Origin: Candidatus Fokinia solitaria
Lineage (GTDB): Bacteria; Pseudomonadota; Alphaproteobacteria; Rickettsiales; Midichloriaceae
Assembly: GCF_003072485.1 (NCBI RefSeq)
Contig: NZ_CP025989.1
Coordinates: 330,001 to 362,000, forward strand
Reading direction: 5' to 3'
DNA length: 32,000 nucleotides
Within the stretch, counting starts at the first letter, position 1. Each line of letters begins with the position of its first letter. The translations under genes and the position numbers were made by a program. The notes under the pieces are model-generated. The model was not told where the DNA came from. It saw only the letters and a program-made list of their open reading frames with translations, and did not search any database. Below, in pieces: positions 10,114-16,569 of this stretch.

Positions 10114-11148
10114 GTGGAAATGACTGATGGAGAAATAAAGACATTTGATGAGGCTATAACAATGGCTGGTGACAAAAAACATCTATTGTTAGGAAATGGC
10201 TTTAGCATTGAGTATGATGCAGAAATATTTTCATATGATAAAATCTGTGAATGTATTAATAAAAATGAGAAATTATTAGAAATTACTAAGAAATTAAATA
10301 CTACTAATATCGAGGAGATCATGAGAATCCTTGATAGATGTATTGATGTCATAACGATTATTAAACCTCAAGAAAAGGATAAGAAGGATGATCCAATCTG
10401 TGAAGAATTGAAGAAGATAAAAGATGAATTTAAGAGCGCTTTAGTTACTGCTATATTGAAACTTCATCCTCAAAATTATGATAAGAGATCAAGGCAATTG
10501 AAGTTAGATTGTGAAAGATTTCTTGCTAATTTCGATAGCATATATACTTTAAATTTTGATTTACTGTCATATTGGGCAATGCCTTTTCAAAAGTTTAAAG
10601 ATGGTTTTGTTGGTAAAGGGGAGGAACGGCTTTACTTTGCTTATTGGTGCGGGTGCAACATGAGATTTTTACATGGAGCGCTGCATTTGTTTCACGATAA
10701 AGTCGGTACATATAAAATAAGACGTTCAAATGACACTCCAGACTATTTACTTATGCAGATTGCGCGGCAGATAGAAGATGGAAATTTTCCGATATGTGTT
10801 ATAGATGGTTCTGCAGAGGGTAAAAGGAATGCGATTTATAAAAACGATTATCTAAGAACATCATATGAAAATTTAAGGAATCTTTCCGGCTCACTATTCA
10901 TATACGGATGCTCTTTAAGCCCGAACGATGATCATATTCTAGAGGCAATTGGTCAGAGTAATGTAGATAAAATTTTTATCAGCTTATTCGGTACTGCTAC
11001 AGCGGAAGGTTATGATGGAGCGATACGTAAAATCAAGGAAGTAAGGAAAGCAAAGCAAGAGCAGATGAAAGAGGAGAATAATCAGCAAAAAGAGCCGGAA
11101 TTTTACTTCTTCTCTGCGAAAAGTGCTAACGTTTGGGGTAAAAAATAA
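10114..11148 (+). CDS. DUF4917-like protein with SIR2-type motifs (putative NAD-utilising effector)
   Basis: 344 aa. It has HLLLGNGFSI (aa 23-32, a GxGxS start as in DUF4917/SIR2_2), IYTLNFDLL (aa 143-151), RFLHGALH (aa 184-191) and IYGCSLSPNDDHI (aa 263-275). This is the same motif order as SIR2_2-type proteins (GAGxS ... TTNYD ... LHG ... GxSxxD). The start could be M1, M3 or M17. Confidence 0.6.
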   Translation: MEMTDGEIKTFDEAITMAGDKKHLLLGNGFSIEYDAEIFSYDKICECINKNEKLLEITKKLNTTNIEEIMRILDRCIDVITIIKPQEKDKKDDPICEELKKIKDEFKSALVTAILKLHPQNYDKRSRQLKLDCERFLANFDSIYTLNFDLLSYWAMPFQKFKDGFVGKGEERLYFAYWCGCNMRFLHGALHLFHDKVGTYKIRRSNDTPDYLLMQIARQIEDGNFPICVIDGSAEGKRNAIYKNDYLRTSYENLRNLSGSLFIYGCSLSPNDDHILEAIGQSNVDKIFISLFGTATAEGYDGAIRKIKEVRKAKQEQMKEENNQQKEPEFYFFSAKSANVWGKK

Positions 11149-11157
11149 TGTAAATGC

Positions 11158-11445
11158 GTGATTATGAAGATAGAGATGATACCGGTAAGATCGAGCAATC
11201 TAAAAGAGATTGGATATGATCATAAGAATGAGCTTTTGATAATTATCTTTCACAAAGGCGATGCTTATCGTTATACCAATGTACCTTATGATACTTATAC
11301 GCAATTAATGAAAGGTGATCCTGATAATAACTCCATTGGCAAGTATTTTTGTGCGCATATTAGAACAAATCCTCAGTATCGATATAGCAAATTAAGAGAG
11401 AAGAGTTTCAAGGATCATGATGGAAAAAAATTCTATGTAGAGTAA
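11158..11445 (+). CDS. KTSC domain-containing small protein
   Basis: 95 aa. MIPVRSSNLKEIGYDHKNELLIIIFHKGDAYRYTNVPYDTYTQLMKG....SIGKYFCAHIR fits the KTSC pattern (V-SS-I-x-x-GYD...L-x-V-x-F-xG-x-Y-x-Y-x-VP...Y..L....S.G.YF...I). The ORF-track start is GTG at 11158; ATG at 11164 is equally plausible. The gap to the upstream gene is only 9-15 nt. Confidence 0.75.
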   Translation: MIMKIEMIPVRSSNLKEIGYDHKNELLIIIFHKGDAYRYTNVPYDTYTQLMKGDPDNNSIGKYFCAHIRTNPQYRYSKLREKSFKDHDGKKFYVE

Positions 11446-11525
11446 GAAGGCAAAGGTAATATAAAAGTTGAAAGAGTTTTTATTAATTTAAGTCTATACT
11501 GAATATTTATTAAATAAAATAGTAC

Positions 11526-13850
11526 ATGAAGCTCGATGTTACGCTAAAGCATTGTTATGGCATACAAAATTTGGAGAAAAAATTTGACTTTTCACAGTGC
11601 AGAACAGTTGTCATATACGCCTCCAACGCAGTTATGAAGACTTCTTTTGCTAGAACATTTTTGCAATTACAAGAAGAAAAAAGGCCTTCAGAAGAGATAT
11701 ATGGCTTAGAATCCGAATTTAATATTAAATTAAATGACAATGATATTAAAAGTAGCGATATCTTTGTTATTAAAACTTATAGAGAGAAATATGAATCTGA
11801 GAATATATCAAAATTACTTGTTGATGAAAAACGACAAAAAGAATACGAGGAAATATGGCAGAGCATTGCAAAAAATCAGACGTCACTAATGGTTGCTCTA
11901 AATAAATCTTCAGGCATAGAAAAGAGTAGATTAGAAAAAACGATACTATCTGATTTTAAAGATGATAGCGGTAATTTTCTTAAGTTCTTAGAGGGCATTA
12001 AGATTGACGAAATTACTGACAGCGACTGCAACTACGTTGATGTTAAATATTCTCTCATTTTCAATCAAAAAGTTGAGGAATTATTAAAAAATAAAGATGT
12101 TACTGATAATATAGAACGTTACACAAAGCAATACAATGAGCTATTAGACAAGTCACCATACTTTGATAGAACAAAGTTTAATCCATCGAAAGCAGATAGT
12201 GTACTTAAAACACTTGAAAAACAAAAATTCTTTGCTTCAGGGCATAAAGTAAAATTAAAGGGTAAAAAAATTCTGCTAGATAAAGTAGAGCTGCAGAAAG
12301 TGCTCGATGAAGCGAAAAAAGCAATTTTACAGGACTCAGAGTTAAAAAGAATACAAAATCTGATTACAGAAGGACAAGATGTAAAAGACTTCCAAGATTT
12401 ATTGGAAGAAACGCCTGAGATAATTAATGAATTATCTGATTTATCTTCTTTTAGAGAGAAGCTTTGGAAATCATATTTCAAAAAGGACGAGGAAAAATTC
12501 AGAAAATTAGTGGAAGAGTATCAGCAAAATAGAGAGAACTTAACACATATTGAGGATGCTGCTTCAAAGCAACTAACAACATGGAGTAAGGTTGTGGATA
12601 TTTTTCGAGAAAGATTTAAGGTGCCATTTGAATTAGAGATCAAAAATAAAAAGAGCGCAATCTTAGGAAGAGAGAAGCCGCATATTGCATTTATATTTAA
12701 AGATAAAAACGGACTGTCTAAGGAACTTAATAGAGATACACTTGAAGGTGCGAGTACTTTAAGTCAAGGTGAAAAAAGAGCGTTGTATTTATTGCAAATA
12801 ATTTTTGAAATAGAAAATAGAAAGCAGAGTAATACAAGAACGTTATTCATCATCGATGATATTGCTGATTCTTTTGATTATCAAAATAAGTATGCCATTA
12901 TAGAATACTTAAAAGAATTACATACAGAAGAGAATAATTTCTATCAAATCATTTTAACGCATAATTTTGATTTTTTTAGAACAGCTCAAGAAAGAATTTT
13001 AACAGATGAGAATAAAAGAACGCACTCTTTTATAGCGCAAAAGAATGATGATAGCATTTCACTTTTTGAAGCTGGTCACAGATATATTGTCAGTCCTTTT
13101 TCTTACTGGAAAACGCAGTTAAAAGGGGAAATAGGTGAGCGTGAGAGACATAAAATTCTAATAGCAATGATACCATTCATGCGAGAATTGCTGCATTATA
13201 TCAGCGCAGAGAAAGAACGTAACAGCGCTTCAACCGATAAAAAAGAGGAACGTAACGGCACTTCAACTGGTGAAAAGAAAGATTGTAATAGCGCTTCAAT
13301 CGATAAAAAAGAGGAACGTAACGACACTTCAACCGATAAAAAAGAAGAATATTGCCGCACTTTAACTGCTCTACTACATGTGAAGTCTGAGACAAAAAAT
13401 CTTAAATTTTGCGATTTAAATGATATATATAAAGATCTGTTCGATATAGCTTTAACCAAAGAAGATAAAGATATTTGTATATTTGACGCATTGTGTGCTG
13501 CTGCTGATGATATTAGCGAGAGAGAAAATGATAGCGCTTTAAATCTTGAAAATAAAATTATACTCTCAATTGCTGCAAGATTGATGGCAGAATATTATAT
13601 GGAATCTCGTGACATATCACTGAAAGATAAGATAGGACAGACGTTTAATCGTTTTAAGAAAAAGTATGAAAAAGATGAAGCGACTCCATTCCTTGAAAGG
13701 GTTGTAATTATGACGCCAGAAAACATACATTTAAACTCTTTTATGTATGAGCCAATTCTTGATATGTCTGAACAACATTTAAAAAAGTTGTATAAGGATG
13801 TACGCGAATTGTATAAATCAATTTCGAGTACACCTGCTACAACATTTTGA
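11526..13850 (+). CDS. ABC/SMC-type ATPase of the AAA_13 (PrrC/RloC-like) kind, with coiled-coil insert, degenerate Walker A and C-terminal extension
   Basis: 774 aa. It has the signature motif LSQGEKRALYLL (aa 412-423), Walker B LFIIDDIADSFD (aa 440-451) and an H-loop-like IILTHNFDFFR (aa 475-485). About 370 K/E-rich residues separate the N-terminal nucleotide-binding half (VIYASNAVMKTS, aa 28-40) from the signature motif, as in Rad50/SMC-like ATPases. The ~290-aa C-terminal region has no motif I recognise. Confidence 0.65.
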   Translation: MKLDVTLKHCYGIQNLEKKFDFSQCRTVVIYASNAVMKTSFARTFLQLQEEKRPSEEIYGLESEFNIKLNDNDIKSSDIFVIKTYREKYESENISKLLVDEKRQKEYEEIWQSIAKNQTSLMVALNKSSGIEKSRLEKTILSDFKDDSGNFLKFLEGIKIDEITDSDCNYVDVKYSLIFNQKVEELLKNKDVTDNIERYTKQYNELLDKSPYFDRTKFNPSKADSVLKTLEKQKFFASGHKVKLKGKKILLDKVELQKVLDEAKKAILQDSELKRIQNLITEGQDVKDFQDLLEETPEIINELSDLSSFREKLWKSYFKKDEEKFRKLVEEYQQNRENLTHIEDAASKQLTTWSKVVDIFRERFKVPFELEIKNKKSAILGREKPHIAFIFKDKNGLSKELNRDTLEGASTLSQGEKRALYLLQIIFEIENRKQSNTRTLFIIDDIADSFDYQNKYAIIEYLKELHTEENNFYQIILTHNFDFFRTAQERILTDENKRTHSFIAQKNDDSISLFEAGHRYIVSPFSYWKTQLKGEIGERERHKILIAMIPFMRELLHYISAEKERNSASTDKKEERNGTSTGEKKDCNSASIDKKEERNDTSTDKKEEYCRTLTALLHVKSETKNLKFCDLNDIYKDLFDIALTKEDKDICIFDALCAAADDISERENDSALNLENKIILSIAARLMAEYYMESRDISLKDKIGQTFNRFKKKYEKDEATPFLERVVIMTPENIHLNSFMYEPILDMSEQHLKKLYKDVRELYKSISSTPATTF
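13215..13346 (+). repeat. four imperfect in-frame tandem repeats (33/36/30/33 nt) inside the ATPase gene
   Basis: The units are gaacgtaacagcgcttcaaccgataaaaaagag / gaacgtaacggcacttcaactggtgaaaagaaagat / tgtaatagcgcttcaatcgataaaaaagag / gaacgtaacgacacttcaaccgataaaaaagaa. They encode ERNSASTDKKE-ERNGTSTGEKKD-CNSASIDKKE-ERNDTSTDKKE. Confidence 0.9.
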
Positions 13851-13864
13851 AAGAAATTGCCTTT

Positions 13865-14413
13865 TTAAAAAGTATCATCTAGTCTTTTACTGAGAGCTAT
13901 AATATGCTCCGGTCTCCTATGATGTTCGCACATAAAAATATAAATATCCTTTAATAGATTTTCGCACATTTGAACGAGATCTTTTGTCCAAAGTGCTCGT
14001 TCGTATGGTGGTGCGCTCTTTTCCTGATTTTGAATGTGAATTCTATTACGAATTTCAGCAACTTTATAGATGCGCTCGTGTACTTCAGGTATGCTTAACA
14101 AGTCATACTTTTTACAGATATCACTGAAATTTTTTAATTTATTTGGAAGACTGATATCGCGTATTTTGCTGAGTGCTTTTGGCTCAAGAGTAATATTCAT
14201 GAATTCGTGTCGGTGCTTTGCAACCCTACATAAAAAATCATATAAACAACATTCAATAATGCTACTTATAATCAAGAAGATTGGCTTATAATATAAGGGT
14301 TTCTTCTCATTTATCATCGAAGTTACTATTTGCAAGTTATGATTGACATTATTTTTTCTATTAAAGTCCCAGAAAAACGTACTTGAATGCTCTTTGAGTT
14401 CAGATATTTTCAT
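13865..14413 (-). CDS. hypothetical protein, predicted all-helical, with a HEPN-reminiscent C-terminal helix
   Basis: 182-aa ORF convergent with the ATPase gene, with a 14-nt gap between the stops. It has no recognisable family. The helix pair IISSIIECCLYDFLCRV ... YKVAEIRNRIHIQN is HEPN-like, but the R-to-H spacing is one residue shorter than the canonical Rx4-6H. Confidence 0.5.
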   Translation of the reverse strand: MKISELKEHSSTFFWDFNRKNNVNHNLQIVTSMINEKKPLYYKPIFLIISSIIECCLYDFLCRVAKHRHEFMNITLEPKALSKIRDISLPNKLKNFSDICKKYDLLSIPEVHERIYKVAEIRNRIHIQNQEKSAPPYERALWTKDLVQMCENLLKDIYIFMCEHHRRPEHIIALSKRLDDTF

Positions 14414-14751
14414 AAAATCTTACAGTCGTGCTTTTTTATCAAATATGATCATGTATAATGACAATTCGAAAAGTATTCAATAGCGTCTAAGATACTCTTT
14501 TTATTAAAAATTCGTACTCTATACTTTAACTTTCTGTTTTTTATACAAATCTATAAAATATTCATCATAGAAAAAATCTATAATATATATCTTCACGTGA
14601 AGTATGCGCATCTCCGAAATTAAGGAGAAGACTTTAGACAATGAAATGATACTCTTAAAGATAGGCAGAGTATTAGATTGATGTTACGATAGAGTAAAAA
14701 TTAGCGTCTCAAAGAACATTCACGACGCAAAAGACGAGAGAGATCGTATGC

Positions 14752-14841
14752 TGGCGGAGAAAGAGGGATTCGAACCCTCGATACGGTCACCCGTATACTT
14801 TCTTAGCAGGAAAGCGCCTTCGACCACTCGGCCATTTCTCC
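14752..14841 (-). tRNA. tRNA-Ser (anticodon GCU), CCA encoded
   Basis: The reverse complement reads GGAGAAA-TG-GCC-GAGTGGTCGAA-GGC-G-CTTTC-CTGCTAA-GAAAG-TATACGGGTGACCGTATC-GAGGG-TTCGAAT-CCCTC-TTTCTCC-G-CCA. It has a 7-bp acceptor stem, a 5-bp anticodon stem, the loop CU-GCU-AA, a long variable arm (ATACGG/CCGTAT) typical of class II tRNAs, and a canonical T-loop. Confidence 0.92.
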
Positions 14842-15126
14842 GTCACACCATATAATCGGCGATGAGCGACGAAAAAGCAATAACTTTAATGCTGAAAAGC
14901 GTATCGAGAAGAGGCGAGTTACACGTCACCACTTTTTATTACTTTTTCTGTTGAAATTATCATTTTGTCGCACATTGTATTTGCAGTACAAAGCGCTGAT
15001 GCGTCACAGTGTAATTCTTCGCTTTATGTAAGATGGTGTCATTCTTCGTCGATACAGAGCAGTATAGTGCCGCTTATGCGGAAGATATTTGTGCGGCATT
15101 TGTGCGGTATTTATATCTTTTTCTTT

Positions 15127-15510
15127 CTTATACATCGCGATCTTTCTTCTTTCTTATATATCGAAATACTTACACATCGTAATCTTCTTTCTTACTTATA
15201 TGCTATAATCTTTCTTTTTCTCGAAGCAAAGAGGTAGATGCAGAAGATCGAAATACTTACACATCGTAATCTTCTTTCTTACTTATATGCCATAATCTTT
15301 CTTTTTTCTCGAAGCAAAGAGGTAGATGCAGAAGATCGAAATACTTACACATCGTAATCTTCTTTCTTACTTATATGCTACAATCTTTCTTTTTCTCGAA
15401 GCAAAGAGGTAGATGCAGAAGATCGAAATACTTACACATCGTAATCTTCTTTCTTACTTATATGCTATAATCTTTCTTTTTCTCGAAGCAAAGAGGTAGA
15501 TGCAGCAGAA
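15127..15510. repeat. noncoding tandem repeat array, 87/88-nt unit, 4 near-identical copies plus a degenerate partial copy
   Basis: Unit starts (tcgaaatacttacacatcg...) are at 15161, 15248, 15336 and 15423, giving periods of 87, 88 and 87. A degenerate partial copy lies at about 15127-15160. Hand translation of a unit finds stop codons in all six frames. Confidence 0.95.
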
Positions 15511-15547
15511 GGTAGTTTCTTCATTAGAGAAGTATGCAAACGAGATA

Positions 15548-15739
15548 CTAGCACTGATCTTTCTTCTGACTATATTTTTCAAAGCGAATGAAAGGATAGT
15601 TTGCAATGAATGCAAATCCTCGTACTTCATAGCCAAGACTACGACGATATTCAGCCGGCAGCAATGTCAAAATCTCACCAAGAAATGCCAAGTTATTGTA
15701 TATAATACCGTTAAAGTTTCTCTTTTTTTGATTAGCTTC
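15548..15739 (-). pseudogene. possible remnant of a RelE/HigB-like (phage-related, COG4679-type) toxin gene
   Basis: The minus-strand open frame has no start codon: EANQKKRNFNGIIYNNLAFLGEILTLLPAEYRRSLGYEVRGFAFIANYPFIRFEKYSQKKDQC*. The FLG....L..LPAEYRRSLGYE segment resembles the F-x-G-x-S...L...FP-x-x-x-R-x-x-x-G-Y-x-L start of that toxin family, and similarity is lost afterwards. Short stop-interrupted fragments also lie upstream at 15739-15960. Confidence 0.25.
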
Positions 15740-15997
15740 TTACTTTTTACTATCCTCAACAACTTTTCTCAGTATTTCAGCATTTGAGTTAATTGTACTC
15801 TCGAAAAGCCTAATCTCTTCAGCTAGAGCCATTTATTGAGCAATTTTTATCCTTCTCAGTATCTTTGTGTGAAACTCATCAACTTCTTTTGCTACTCTAT
15901 TTTAATACCGTAATTTGCACTATTGACACTATTTCTTCATCTTTCAAGAAAGTACCAAAACCACTATAAGAGCGATTAACTTTTTATGTGTGAGCTA

Positions 15998-16408
15998 TCA
16001 TACAGCAAAAGACTCGCCACATCCGCATTTAGCCTTTGCATTTGGATTAAGAAACACAAAACCGCTTCTGATTTTTTCATCCTTATAATCGAGAGTTGTG
16101 CCTATAATATACAGTATTGCTTTTTTGTCTATTAATAGCTTGATATCTCCGAATTCGACAACTTCATATGTAGTGGATGAGTCAGAATATACATAATCGA
16201 AAGTATATGAAAGACCTGTACAGCCTCCTTTTTTTACTCCTATTGCGAGACCTATGGCATCCTGCTTGTTAGATAGTAAGGAGCGCACTCTACCAGCTGC
16301 GCTATCTGTGATATTGATGATAGATTTCCTTGTGCTTGATGGTAAATTGTCATTTTTCGCTACTTCAGAATTAGAAGTGACATTTTGAGAGCAGCAAGAA
16401 GTTTTCAT
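15998..16408 (-). CDS. erpA: iron-sulfur cluster insertion/assembly protein (HesB/IscA/ErpA family)
   Basis: 136 aa. It has GGCTGLSY and the C-terminal CGCGESF motif of A-type carriers. It also carries a ~28-aa Ser/Asn-rich N-terminal extension. Confidence 0.85.
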   Translation of the reverse strand: MKTSCCSQNVTSNSEVAKNDNLPSSTRKSIINITDSAAGRVRSLLSNKQDAIGLAIGVKKGGCTGLSYTFDYVYSDSSTTYEVVEFGDIKLLIDKKAILYIIGTTLDYKDEKIRSGFVFLNPNAKAKCGCGESFAV

Positions 16409-16569
16409 ATTACACTCTAAAAGTACGATGCGGACATGATATCAGATAACAAAACTGAAACAAGTAGTATCTCGTGTGCATAAGATATTTTGAACGCGCG
16501 TTTATCAAATATTGTAGAAGAGGGATGTACATAATGGAAGTGCATTTCATCGCTATTTTATTGAGTACT

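Noticed and set aside
12119-13459. Minus-strand ORFs inside the ATPase gene (12119-12481, 13196-13459, 13201-13395)
   Set aside because: They are antisense to a gene with clear ABC motifs. The two around 13.2-13.4 kb are open only because they mirror the in-frame tandem repeat. They have no independent support.
15127-15510. Possible CRISPR array
   Set aside because: The units are contiguous with no unique spacers, the period is 87/88 nt, there is no palindromic short repeat, and there are no cas genes. It is a plain tandem repeat.
14965-15787. Plus-strand ORFs 14965-15237 and 15500-15787 and minus ORF 15454-15636
   Set aside because: They run into or out of the 87-nt tandem array or the decayed region. 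Their translations are Leu/Phe/Ile-rich junk, and each repeat unit carries stops in every frame. I treat them as noncoding.
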